Source: Hyaloraphidium curvatum SAG 235-1 (Eukaryota; Fungi; Monoblepharomycota). Taken from it: a stretch of DNA of 64,000 nucleotides. Of the stretch, positions 20,892-33,200 are shown piece after piece (the first letter of the stretch is position 1; every line of letters begins with the position of its first letter). A program made the translations under genes and the position numbers. The DNA lies in contig JAIVFI010000001.1 in assembly GCA_025558095.1 (NCBI GenBank), positions 620,001 to 684,000 on the forward strand, in the 5' to 3' direction. Below the pieces are notes generated by a model. The model saw only the letters and a list, made by a program, of their open reading frames with translations. It was not told the origin of the DNA and ran no database searches.

Positions 20892-22655
20892 CTACCAAGC
20901 CTTGGGAGGATCAATCTGGAACATCCCCCACCTTTCCCTCTCCCTCGCGTCCCTGAACTCGGGCACGAACTCCACCCTCAGCACCTGCACCAACCCCTCT
21001 CCCACCTCGGGCTTCTGGAAATTGCCTCTGTACCCGCTCCACGCCGCCGTGGGGAGCGAAGGCCGCTTGGGATCCAGCGACGCTCGCACGCCGTTGTTGT
21101 GCATGCACAGGTCCTCGGGGACGTCGAACCACACGCAGCGCACGGGGACGTCGCGCATCCTTCCTAGCTCGATCTGCGCCGGCTGGTCAGAGCGGGTTCG
21201 GGCCGGGAACTCCCGAGAGCCCACGTAGATCTTCCTGGTCTCCTTGCCGGGGTTCGTGTTGTCCACCACCACCGACCGGCCGTAGCGCACCTCGTCCTCG
21301 GCCAGCTTGGCGCACTTTTCCCGGGTCTTGAGGGTGTCTTGGTTGATCCACGTGTGGCGGGGGAAGAACTTCTTCGCCACCGTCGTCTTACCCGAACCCG
21401 GTCTGCAGAATCATTGTCAGGCAGAAGGAGCACGAGTCGTCGGAGCAGACCCACGGCCCGACGAAAATGACGATCTCCTGCCCCGCTTTCGGTGCCTTGA
21501 AGAAATCGGCCGTCAGGGGTGCGATTTCTGTTGGCAGCAGACTTGAGTCGCGATACGAATCGGCGCCGGGGAAGCCAACCTTTCGAAGCCCATGTCCGCG
21601 GATCGAAGCCGCTGACCTTGAACTTGTCGGTCCTTGCCTCGCCCTTGAAGAACTCCTCGGGCGTGAAGAAGGCGATGCCGGCGTTGATGGCAAACTTCCT
21701 GCAACCACATCCGTCAACACGCGCCCTCCACACACGTGTACGCCTCTCCCACCTGTCCGTGTCCGCGAAATCCGCCTTCTCCCCCGGCCTCCACCCCGCC
21801 GTCCTCCCCGCTGCGTCCCCCACGTACATGCTGTCCCCCTTGTCCATGGCGATGCCCCCGTTCAGCTTGGCGAGCAGCACCTCGAGCATTCCCAGACCGG
21901 GCTTGCGGTTCCAATCGTAGCCGGTGGCAACGAGGACAGTGAACGGGATCTTGAGCTTGGAACGCGTCAGAAAGGGTGGAACGAGGACGCCACGCGAAGT
22001 ACCTGGGTCGCAATTTGCCGCAGCTTGGTCTTGAAGCTCGTGACGGGTATCGAGTCGGTCTTCTGCTTGCGGAAGCCGCCTTGGTTCGTGAACATGACGA
22101 CGTGGTACCTTCGGACGCGTGAGTTGGGTCGGGCAATGAAGGAAGAGGGGACCGACCCTTGGCCGTGGAGTTCGCGGACCTTGGCGGGCACCTTGCCGTC
22201 GAACCACTTCCAGTCGCCAGCCTCCTTGCCGTGCCGGGCGCCGCTCTTGGTCACGATGAGTGTGCCATCCTGTGGGTCGGCAAGCCAACGTCGAAGTGAA
22301 GCAGTGTTTGACTTCCCCGGAAGCCCGACCCACAAGGTCGATTCCCGCTATCTTTGCCGACGGTGCCGGCGGTGGCCGCGTCACCCCGTAGAAGAGCGTC
22401 TCGGAAGCGTGGGTCCAGAGGATCTCGGCGAGGCCTCCGAACGGGAGCTGCGTCTGGGCTGGAAACAGGCACCGCGTCACACGGAAGCCGGCGATGGCCC
22501 GAGCAATAACCCGTACTCTTCGGCGCCGTCGTCCCGACCAAGCCGCCGCCGGGCCCGTCGGCCTTTTGGCGCTTCGCGGGAGGCGCGTCGGCATCCAAAT
22601 CCGCGTCCTCAGTTTCGCCCTCAGCGGCCCGTTTCGCGGCGCCGTCCGCGGCCAT
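20892..22655 (-). CDS. PNKP: Polynucleotide kinase 3'-phosphatase
   Basis: HAD motif IDL|DGTLI, VMFTNQGG, RKPGLGM, YVGDAAGR, DTDRKFA, FFTPEEFF and the kinase part VVVDNTNP. Multiple short introns. Confidence 0.93.
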
Positions 22656-22863
22656 CGAGCGGGAGCGATTCGCGATGCGGCGGTAGAAGAACAAGACGGC
22701 GGCGCGGAGGCTCTCCGAGGACCCCTTCCTCATCCACGGGACCGCGGTCGCGTTTGGCCGTTGGCGGGCGGGCACGAGCGGCGGCGTCGATCCGGTGTCA
22801 ACATTCGAATCACACACGACTCCAAACAACCAGCAGCTACCGACTCGCACAGCATTTCAGACG

Positions 22864-23472
22864 ATGGCCACCGATACCGTCGACCTGTCCAAGCGCCGGG
22901 GGAGCGAATGTACACCGCGCCTGCCCTCCTTCGGAGACGTCGGCTGCGGGTGACTCACCTCCCGCTTCCGTCCTCGCTTCCCAGACGAAATCCTCGAGAG
23001 CGGACACCCCGCCAAGACGCTGAAGCACCTCATCGATGCCAGTGAGTCTGCATGCCGGGGCGGCCGCCTCTTCCTGCTCCGACCGTTCCCCTGACGGCCG
23101 TCTCCCGCAGTAAACTCCGGCTCCACGGACGCGGCGCTCCAGATGCTTTCCAGCGACGCCCTCGTGGTGTACCACGAAGGAGACAAAGAGGAACATTTCC
23201 AGAGGGGCACGCTGTACGACCTGTTCACCGGTGAGGCTAGGGCGCCTCGCCCACCGAGCTGTCAACTGATCCTCGTCTCCGCCTCCTTTTGCCCTGACGA
23301 AACATCCGCAGACCAGATGAAGCCGCAGCTCACCATCCTGGGAGGCATCGAAGCCATCGGGGCTCGCGGCGAGGGCGAGGTGAAGCTCTCGAACGGGGTG
23401 AACGCTCAAGTCGTCGTGGAGCTCGGCGAAGGGGGCAAGATTGACCGCATGGAGGTGGTGCCCGCGAAGTGA
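22864..23472 (+). CDS. Small SnoaL/NTF2-like protein
   Basis: A four-exon model gives ...KTLKHLIDAINSGSTDAALQMLSSDALVVY...GKIDRMEV, an NTF2-like helix/strand pattern. Confidence 0.55.
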
Positions 23473-23652
23473 AGGCGGGAGCGCAATTCTGGCGGCTCGA
23501 ACTCGGGCCTTTCTGTTGCACGAAAACTAATCCACGGTCAAGATTCGTTGAGCTCGTTGTAATCAAACAGCCATGTAAACAGCAATCTGAATGCATCTCC
23601 ATCGCGGCTCAAGCCGAGCTCGCCAGTTCTATGAGCAAATACATCAGTCCGA

Positions 23653-26600
23653 TCACTTGACATCCTTGGCCGCCTCTCCAAGGCTTTGCTGCAAAACCAT
23701 CTGCTTGAATATGCCGTCGTCCCGAGCCACGAGCTCGTCGTAGGTCCCGCTCTCCGCAATCATCCCGTCCTGAAGGACATCTGCGGCGGGAGTCGGTCAG
23801 CGCAGCAAAAAGGAGGCCGGAAGGTCAACCCACAGATCAGATCCGCGTTGGCGATGGTCTTGAGCCTATGCGCCACGACCAGCGTCGTCACGTCCGCCGA
23901 GATGGCGTCCAAAGCCTCAGTTACGACCTTTTCCGTTTCCGAATCGAGCGCAGACGTCGCCTAAAGGTTCATGGCTTTAGAATCGGTGTCGAACTGCGAG
24001 CCGTCAGCGAACCAACCTCGTCGAGGATGAGGATCTTCGGGTTCATCATGCACGCCCTCGCGATGGCAATCCGTTGCCTGCGAACACGAGAGAATGTCAA
24101 TGAACATGCTCGCCCCGCGGAGAAGCATCCAGAACCCACTTCTGGCCACCCGAGAGCTTCGAGATCCCCGACTCGCCGACCTTGGTTTCGAACCCGTCCG
24201 GCAGCCTCGAGACAAAGTCGTACGCCCCCGCAACCCTGGCCGCCTGCTCGATCTCCGCCATCGTCGCGTTCGGACGGCCGTAGGAGATGTTCTCCCTGAT
24301 CGTCCGGTCGTGCAGCGCCGGCTCCTGGCCGACGACTCCGATCTGCGCCCGCAGGTCGTGCAGCTTCCAGTCCTTCAGCTCCACGCCGTCGACGGTGATG
24401 GAACCCGAGTCGGGGTCGTAGAGCCGCTGGAGCAGCTTGGCGATGGTGCTCTTGCCCGACCCGCTGGGCCCGACAAAGGCGACCTTCTGCCCCGGCTTGA
24501 GCTCCGCGTCGATGCCCTTGAGCACGGGGACGTCTGGCCGGCGCGGGAAGGCGAACCGCACGTCCTTGAAGACGACGTGGCCGGCCACCGGCGCCGACTT
24601 GCCCGACGAGTCGGGCCGCGCGCTGATCCGCGGCTTGCCGTCGATGAGCTCGAACATGGCGCCCGAGGCCACGCTCGCTTCCGAGATGACGCGCGCCGCG
24701 GTGACGACGGTGCCGGCGGCCGTCGCCGAGAGGAGGACGTTGAGCAGCACCACTGTGACGCGCGTGAAGGGGATGATGTTGTTGACGATGATGTAGTAGC
24801 AGAAAGAGAAGACGATGATGAAGACGACGAGCAGGAGGGCCTGGAAGACGCCCGTGCCGATGGCGGCCACGACCGCCTGCTTGTTGCGCCAGCGGTGGGG
24901 TTCCTCGAGCGAGGCGGCGTACATCTGGGTGAAGGTGGGCTCCTGGGAGAGGGTGGCGACGGTGCGGATGTTGGAGAGGATCATGGAAGCCATCTGCGAC
25001 GAAGTCTCGTAGGCCTTCTTGACCTGCGTCGTGAAGCCGTGCAGGGCCTTTTGCTCGAGCGCGCTGGCGCCAAAGAGGAGAGGCGCGCAGCCAATCATGA
25101 CGAGCGTGAGCTGCCAGCCGTACACGAAGGCTGGAAAGGTCCGTCAGCATGAGTAGCGAGCAAGAAACACAGGAAAACCAACCAATCGCAAATCCAACGA
25201 CCATCGTGATCATGACAGCAAGGATGCTCCCAAGCAGCGTCCCCGCCGCCCTCCGGACGGCGTCGGGGTCCGTCATGAGCCTCGTCGAGAGAACACCGGG
25301 AGCGTTCTTCTCGTCGTCGAAGAAGTACATGTCCTCGTTGACGATGCTCTCGAAGCCCAGGTAGCGCAGCCGCTCCGCGAGCTTGGCGCCCGAGATGCCG
25401 AAGCCCCAGAAGGTGAGCACCTTGGCGATGCCGGCGAGGAAGGCGAGGGGGAGGAAGAGCAGCGAGTAGAGCAGCACGCCCTGGAAGCCGCCGAACTGGT
25501 CCGGCGCCGAGTAGACGGCGAGGTTCGTTCCCATGAGCCACGACTCGAACGGCACGAGCGTGCCCTCGATGCAGGCGCCGACGATCCCGATGATGAGGAA
25601 GTTGAGCCACGGCCGGACCAGGTCCACGAGCCGCCGCGTGGGCAGCTTGGTCTTGCCCGCCAGCGCCGCGGCCTCGGCGGCCCGCACCGCCTCCGCGTCC
25701 GGCTCCTCCTCCGTCTTGGCCTTTTCCTTCTCGCCCTTTGCCGCGGCCTCGCCTGCCGCCGCCTCGAGCGCCTCGGGCGCGATCGTGAACGCCCGGCCCT
25801 CGGCCGTCACCGCCCTTTTGAGCTGCAGCCTGTCCGACGACGGCGACGCCTTGACCTCGTGCGCCGGCTCCTCGGCCGCCGTCTCCCCGCTCCCGCTCCC
25901 GCTCTCCGCGTCCTCCTTGCCCCCGGCCTCCTGCTCGCCGTCCTCCTTCTTGGCCGAGCCCTTCTCGACGTCCTGCATTTTGACCATGCTGCGGTAGATC
26001 CCCTGATCGCCCTTGCGCATGAGCTCGTCGTGCGAGCCCTTTTCGACGAGCCGGCCGTCCTGCAGGACGTAGATGCAGTCGCAGTCGCGGATCGTCGAAA
26101 GGCGGTGGGCGATGGTGATGGTGGTCTGCGACTTGGCGATCTTGTGCAGGGCTTCCTGGACTGTGGGTCGCCAGAAGAGATCGCGTCAGACCGAAACACG
26201 GTTGACGGATCCCCGCGATGAAACCCACCCAGCTTCTCCGCCTTGGTATCCAGCGCCGACGTCGCCTCGTCCAGCAGCAGCAGCTTCGGCCTCCCCACCA
26301 CGGCCCTGGCGATGGCCACCCTCTGCTTCTGCCCCCCGCTCAGGCTCGTCCCCCCGTAGACCACCGTGTCCAGCCCCTCGGGGAGCTTGCCCACGAACTC
26401 CTCGGCGTTGGCCGCGCGCAGCGCCGCGCGGACCTCCCCGTCCGACGGCGCCGGCCGGCCCGGCGGCACGCCCAGGGACACGTTCTCCCGCACCGAGAAC
26501 GGGAACAGCGCGGGTTCCTGGCTCACGATCGAGATCTGCTGCCTCAGAAACGCCGCGTTGTACGCCCTGAGGTCGGTCCCGTCCACCTCGACGCTGCCGT

Positions 26601-28270
26601 GCAGCGGGTCGTACATGCGCATGAGCAGCTGCACCACGGTGCTCTTGCCGCTGCCGCTGGGGCCGACGATGGCGACGTTCTGGCCCCGCGGGATCCGCAT
26701 GCTGAGCCCGCGGAGGATCTCGACCTCGGGGCGGGTGGGGTAGGCGAAGCGGACGTCCTTGAACTCGACGTCGCCGCCGAGGTTGACGTCCCTGATGCCG
26801 CCCTCGGCGGTGGTGTCGATCGACGGCCTGCGCTCGATGATGGAAAACACCCTCGCGGCGGCGCCGGTGGATTCCGAGAGGGACGAGATCCACTGCAGCA
26901 CGTTGGAGAGGAACATGACCCCCGCCGAGATCTGCAGGAACGTGTTGACGGCGTCGCCCGTGTTCATGGTCCCGTCGAGCACCCAGATCCCGCCGGCGAG
27001 GAAGACGGGCACGCGGGCGGCGTAGAAGAAGAAGGTGGTGATGCCCACGCCGATCGCGTTGGTGATGGCGATCTTCTTGGCGACGCGGTAGGCCTCGTCG
27101 AGGAAGGCGCCGTACGCGGAGAGCTCGAGGGGCTGGCCGTTGTGGGCCATGACGGTGGGGATGAGCTTGAAGGACTGGGTGGCGGTGGCACCGGCCTTGG
27201 AGTAGGAGGACTGGATTAGGGGGAGGGAGGCGTCGACGCGGCGCCACATTTCGCGCAGCGCGAGGGCTGGTGCGGAGCGTGAGCGGTTAGGGGACGGTGG
27301 CAGGCGCGAAGCACGTACTGGGGAGGGGAAAGGCGGCGAACATGACGAGCGCGAGGCGCCAGCCCGTGACAAAGGCCAGCACCATGCCGACGACGAACGC
27401 GGTCCCGAACTGGATGATGTTGCCGACCTTCTCCGCCATGCCGTCGTACATGACGTTGATGTCGCTCGCGATCCGCGAGGCGATCTCGCCCGTCGACGTG
27501 GCGTCGAAGTAGCCCATGTCCTGGCGGATGATGGCGGCAAAGTAGCGCTCCCTGATCCTCCGCGTCTGGTTCTCGGCCGACACCATCCACGCGTAGGTCT
27601 GGAGGAAGCCAGCGATGAGGGCCGTTACGCCCAGCGCGGCCAGCTTGATCAGGTTCTGGATCAGGGCGTGGAACAGGGCGTCCCCCGGGTACTTGGACGG
27701 GTCCGCGGCCCAGTCCGTGACGACCGAGGCCATCTGGGAGATGAAGAGGTTCATGAGGGGGATCACGCAGCCGTTGGCCATTGCGGCGACGGTAGCGAGG
27801 GCCATGAGCGCGAGCTGGCTCGCGTCGGCGTAGCGGTAGAGCTGCCAGTACGATAGCTTGGGCAGCACGGGTTCCGGAACCGCCTGCGCGGCCGAGGTCC
27901 CGGAGCGCGTTGTGGTCTTTGCAGCGGCACTTGCAGCCGCAGTGTCCGTTCCGTTGGGAACAGGGGCGGCCAAGGCGGACGTCGACGCCTCCCCCTGCAC
28001 GCCGGGCACGCCGGAGCCCGCCGCGGCCTCCAAAGGCACCAGGACATGCCCATCGGCATCCGTGGCAGGGGATGCCGCGGCCGTTCGGGTGCCTACCGGG
28101 GCGACCGGGGGCTCCGGGGCAGATCCGCCAACGGGGCCCTGTCCGGCTGCGGACGCCGTCGCCGCGGCACTTTCCGGCGCGGCCGGAGCCGCGGGCGCAT
28201 CGGCGGCGGCCGCGTCGCCCGCCACGGCGTCCAGTCGCGGCTCCGAAGGCGCGGGCGGCGGGTCGGACAT
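23653..28270 (-). CDS. Full-length ABCB (MDR/P-glycoprotein-like) transporter
   Basis: TMD-NBD-TMD-NBD layout: [24 protein letters not shown] twice, [18 protein letters not shown] and AHRL. Several introns; stop 23655-23653. Confidence 0.95.
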
Positions 28271-28395
28271 CGTTGCGAATGCGGCGGCGGCGGCCGGGCC
28301 CTGAACTCGTTTAAATGTCGCTAGTAACATGAAATCGGGCCCGCGCGACGCTGGCTATCAAAATCACGCACCAAACGAATCGAATCATGTGAGGC

Positions 28396-29196
28396 ATGGA
28401 GGCCGGCGGCGCCGAGTTCCGCGTCTGCCTTCCCGAGCACGGCCCGGACTTTGCGGCCGTCGCGTGCGCGGCCGGCGCGACCGGCGCGGAGCTCGCCGCG
28501 GCCGCCGGCGACGCGTTCGCGCTGTCCGCGGCGTGCCGCCTCACGCTGGAGCTGCGCAACGCCGGGCCGCTGCGCCCGGCGGACGGCGGCTCCGACGCGC
28601 TGTGGGCCGCCGCGGCGCCCGTCGGCGACGCGGACGTGCCGCCGCCGGGCTTCTTCGTGGGCCGCACGCACGCCTTCCGCGCGCCCGCCCGCCCGCCGCC
28701 GCCGCCGCCCGCCGCCCGCCGCGCGTACCCGCCGCTGGACGCGCCGCACGTGTGGGTGCTGCTGCCCGAGCAGGGCGTCAACTGCGTCGGCGTGCCGCTC
28801 GGCCGCGCCGTGGACGGCGCCGGGCTCAAGGACGCCGTGGGCAGGGCCTTCAGCCTCCCCGCCGAGCGGCGCGGGACGCTCGAGCTCCGCCTTGCGGGGC
28901 CGCTGTGGCCGAATGAGGGCTTCAAGGCGCTGCGGAGCCCCGTGTGGGACGCCCTGCCCACGATCGAGGACCAGGACCGCGTGCCGGATCGCGAGCGCGG
29001 CCTCGTTGTGGGCTGCTACATCCTGGGCCGCACAAGCAAGTACTACCACAAGCAGGGCCTGCCTGTCCCCGCAGTTGGCGCTCGTGGCGGGCGGGAGGGT
29101 GCACTTTGGTCGGTGTTGGATGCTGGACGCTCGCTGGCGGGGTCCGTGGCTGCGTGGCTCCCGCTTTCCGGCCTCGACAAGGTCCCGAAAGCCTAA
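28396..29196 (+). CDS. Hypothetical protein with two internal beta-grasp/ubiquitin-like repeats
   Basis: FRVCLPEHG...GAELAAAAGDAFAL...LTLELR is repeated as VWVLLPEQG...GAGLKDAVGRAFSL...GTLELR. Confidence 0.55.
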   Translation: MEAGGAEFRVCLPEHGPDFAAVACAAGATGAELAAAAGDAFALSAACRLTLELRNAGPLRPADGGSDALWAAAAPVGDADVPPPGFFVGRTHAFRAPARPPPPPPAARRAYPPLDAPHVWVLLPEQGVNCVGVPLGRAVDGAGLKDAVGRAFSLPAERRGTLELRLAGPLWPNEGFKALRSPVWDALPTIEDQDRVPDRERGLVVGCYILGRTSKYYHKQGLPVPAVGARGGREGALWSVLDAGRSLAGSVAAWLPLSGLDKVPKA

Positions 29197-29308
29197 GCTG
29201 GCTATGCTTTTGTAGTGATGGACATTATAGGGAAACGTCCTTCGCTTTTCGCACGCCAGCCTCACGGTCGTGCGCAGGCCACGTCATCACCGTTTCGCAT
29301 CCTCCAGA

Positions 29309-29850
29309 ATGGCCGCGCGCGTGGCCTACGTGGTCATCCCCGGCCAAGATTTTCGGGCTGAAGTCATCGACATCGCTTCGTACCGCACAGTTGGCGATCT
29401 GAAGCGGCGGGCTGCCATCTGGGCAGGCTTCCCCATCGAGATTTCTTCCCTCTTTCGTGTCGACATCGCTGTGCCGTCCCGGAACCAGGACGGTCGCCTC
29501 GAGTTTCCGATCGACGCTTTCAAAGAGTTCTTGCGCATTTCGAACGAGGGGGGCAACCTCGTTGCCGAGCCCGACGAGTCAAGGCTTGAAGCTGCGATTC
29601 ACGCGGACACGGTGTTGCTTGTTTCCACATTCCGCCCCGTCGACCGCGGTACGTCGCAATCTAGATCGAGCGACTCGGCCATGTCTGAGTATCGCCTACC
29701 CCAGTCGAGGTGCCGGCAATCGTCTCAAGGCCCACCGTCTGGCAACAGGTGTGGGACATCCTCTTCGGCGGAGGGGTCGGGCTCAGGGAATTCCTCTACA
29801 CGCTCCTCGGTGGAGTTGCTCTGTTTGGTATCCAGAAGCTGGTGGGCTAG
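29309..29850 (+). CDS. Crinkler-N-like ubiquitin-fold protein with a C-terminal membrane anchor
   Basis: VAYVVIPGQDFRAEVIDI...TVGDLKRR...SLFRVDI. Intron 29649-29704 leads to FLYTLLGGVALFGIQKLVG, stop 29848-29850. Confidence 0.55.
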
Positions 29851-30224
29851 GGGACTGTAGCGCGATCACCGAAGATGGACCGCGTGACAAAGTAGACGTC
29901 GGAGGCAGGGAGAAACACGCAGTACTTCCTCTCGTCCCACGCTTCATCCGCACCCAGCGCCGGTCGGGCACCGGCGGCGACGGCATATCCGCGGCGCTCT
30001 CCGTGAGCAGCCCGCCGCGGCCGGGCGGAGGTGGGCACCGCGGCCGCCGGCTGCGCAGTCGACGCGTCGCGGCGTCGGGGCATCGCCGGCGGCGCCCTTC
30101 TGCGGGGCACTTTTCCGCGGCAGAGATCTAACCGGGAGATCCAGGCAGCGCTTTTTCTGTCCCGGGCGAGGCCCGAGGGCGGCATCACCGTCTACCGGGC
30201 AGTCCTCCCGCCGCCTGAGCAACG

Positions 30225-33200
30225 ATGGCGGAGGAGGTCCAGCGCACGCAGCAGTACCAGTACGCGGCCAACGCCAACCTGGTGCTGCAGGCCGACCGCT
30301 CGCTGCTCGACCAGGGCTCGGGCCGCCGCCGCAACGACGAGCCGACGGGGCAGGCCGAGTCGCTGTGGGGCCGGCTGGACTCGAAGAAGTTCGGCGACCG
30401 CGCGATGCGCACCATCGACGACGAGAAGCTGAAGCGCGCAAAGGCGAAGCAGGAGCGCGAGGAGAGGAAGCGCCGGCGCGCCGGGGAGGGCGGCGGCGGC
30501 GCGGGGGACGCCGGCGGCGACGGCGACGCGGACGACGCCGGGGCAAAGCGCCGCAGGAAGCAGGAGCGCGGGCCGGCGGGCCTGTACGGCTTCAACTCGG
30601 TGCTGGCCGCGACGGAGGATTTCGAGGGCCTGTCGTACCGCCCGCGGACGCGCGAGACGCGGCAGACGTACGAGTTTGTGCTGTCCTTCTGCCAGGGCTG
30701 CCTGGGCGACATCCCGCAGGACGTGCTGCGCGGCGCGGCCGACGAGGTGATCCAGATCCTGAAGGACGAGGACCTCAAGGTGCGTTCCAAACCTGCCGGC
30801 GTCTCCCGTGCTCCTCGCTGACCCCTCGTGGTTTCAGGACTTTGACAAGAAGAAGCAGATCGAGTCCATCCTCAGCCCCCTCACCTCGGAGCGCTTCGCC
30901 ACGCTTGTGCAGCTCGGCAAGAAGCTCACCGACTTCCGCCCCCCCGACGCCGACGCCGGCACCGGCGCCGGCGCAGCGCGGGACACGGGCATGGACGAGG
31001 AAGCCGGCGTCGCCGTGGTCTTCGACGAGGACGAGGAGGAGGAGGAGCAGTCTGACGAGGACGTGGTCCGGGACGAGGAGACGGACGAGGAGGACGGCGC
31101 CGAGCCGCGGGTGGACACGGACACGTCGGTGCGGATCGGCGGGGCGGCGGAGGAGGACGGCGGGGTGGACGGCGACGCGGCGGCCGAGGTCGAGGAGACC
31201 GAGCGGGTGACCATCTCCCGGCCCGCGGCGGCCAAGGCCGCCAAGGCCGACGTGGCGAGCGTGTCGATACACGACGTGGACGCCTTCTACCTGCAGCGCC
31301 TCGTGGCGGCGCAGTACCCCGACCCCGTCGAGGCGGGGCGCAAGACGGCCGCGGCGGCGGCGGTGCTGGCGTCGGCGAGGGGCGCCAGGGACGCCGAGAA
31401 CGAGCTGATGGAGCTGTTCGACTTTGGCCACTTTGACCTGGTCAAGGTGCTCACCAAGAACCGGGACGTGATCGTGTGGGGCACCAAGCTCGCAAAGGCC
31501 GAGGGCGCAGAGGCGCGGGCAGAGGTCGAGAGGGAGATGCGCGAGGCCGGCGCGGACAACCTGCTGGCGGCGCTCAAGGCGGCGCCGACGCTGCGCGGCG
31601 AGGGGATGCGCCGCAAGGGCGTCGTCGAGCGCGAGGACGTCGTGGGCATGGAGGTCGACGGGAAGGAGGAGGGCGACGGCAAGGTCGCGGCCAAGCTTCC
31701 TCCCCAGGCGAGGGTGGGTGCTCGATGGCCGGCAGATCCGCTCTCGGTGCTGATCTCAACGGTTGCATTGGACCCACAGGGCGTTCTGGCACCCCCGACC
31801 CGCGCTCCGCAGAGCAACATCGACCTCGACAACCTGGTCTTCACGCAGGGTAACCACCTCATGTCCAACAAAAAGTGCCGCCTGCCCGAGGGCTCCTTCA
31901 AGCGGACCAAGAAGGGCTGGGAGGAGGTGCACGTGCCCGCGCCCAAGGTCAAGCCCCTCGGTCCGGACGAGAAGCTCGTGGCCATTGCGGACCTGCCCGA
32001 GTGGGCGCAGAAGGGCTTCCCCAACACCAAGAGCCTGAACCGGATCCAGAGCCGGGTGTACAAGACCGCCTTCGAGTCGGACGAGAACATGCTGCTCTGC
32101 GCGCCGACGGGGGCCGGCAAGACCAACGTGGCCATGCTCACGATGCTGCACCAGATCGGGCAGTACCGCGACGAGCGCACGGGCGAGGTCGACCTGGACG
32201 CGTTCAAGATCATCTACGTGGCGCCGATGAAGGCGCTGGTGCAGGAGATGGTCGGCAACTTCGGCACCCGCCTCGCGGCCTACGGGATCAAAGTCGCCGA
32301 GCTCACGGGGGACAGGCAGCTGACCAAGGCCCAGATCGCCGAGACCCAGGTCATCGTCACGACGCCGGAAAAGTGGGACATCATCACGCGCAAGGCGACG
32401 GACCGGTCCTACACGCAGCTCGTGCGGCTCGTCATCATCGACGAGATCCACCTGCTCCACGACGAGCGCGGGCCGGTGCTCGAGTCCATCGTCGCCCGCA
32501 CGATCCGCAACATCGAGCAGACGCAGGAGCCCGTCCGGCTCGTGGGCCTGTCGGCGACGCTGCCCAACTACGTCGACGTGGCCTCGTTCCTGCGCGTCGA
32601 CCAGAAGACGGGCATGTTCTTCTTCGACAACTCGTTCCGCCCCTGCCCGCTGCGGACGCAGTACATCGGCATCACGGAGAAGAAGTCGCTCAAGAAGTTT
32701 CAGGTCATGAACGAGATCTGCTACGACAAGGTCATCGAGGAGGCCGAGAAGGGCGGCAGCGACCGCAACCAGATCCTTATCTTCGTGCACTCGCGGAAGG
32801 AGACGGCGCGCACGGCCAAGGCGCTGCGCGACCTGGCCCTCGAGAAGGACACGATCGGCAAGATCCTCAGGCTGGACGCCGCGAGCCGCGAGATCCTGCA
32901 GACGGAGGCGCAGACGACCAAGAACACGGACCTGCAGGACCTGCTGCCGTACGGCTTCGCGATCCACCACGCCGGCATGAACCGCGCGGACCGCACGCTG
33001 GTCGAGGACCTGTTCGGGGACGGCCACGTCCAGGTGCTCGTTTCGACGGCCACGCTGGCCTGGGGCGTGAACCTGCCCGCGCACACCGTCATCATCAAGG
33101 GAACGCAGGTGTACTCGCCCGAAAAGGGCCGCTGGGTGGAGCTCAGCCCGCAGGACGTGCTGCAGATGCTCGGCCGCGCGGGGCGGCCGCAGTTCGACAC

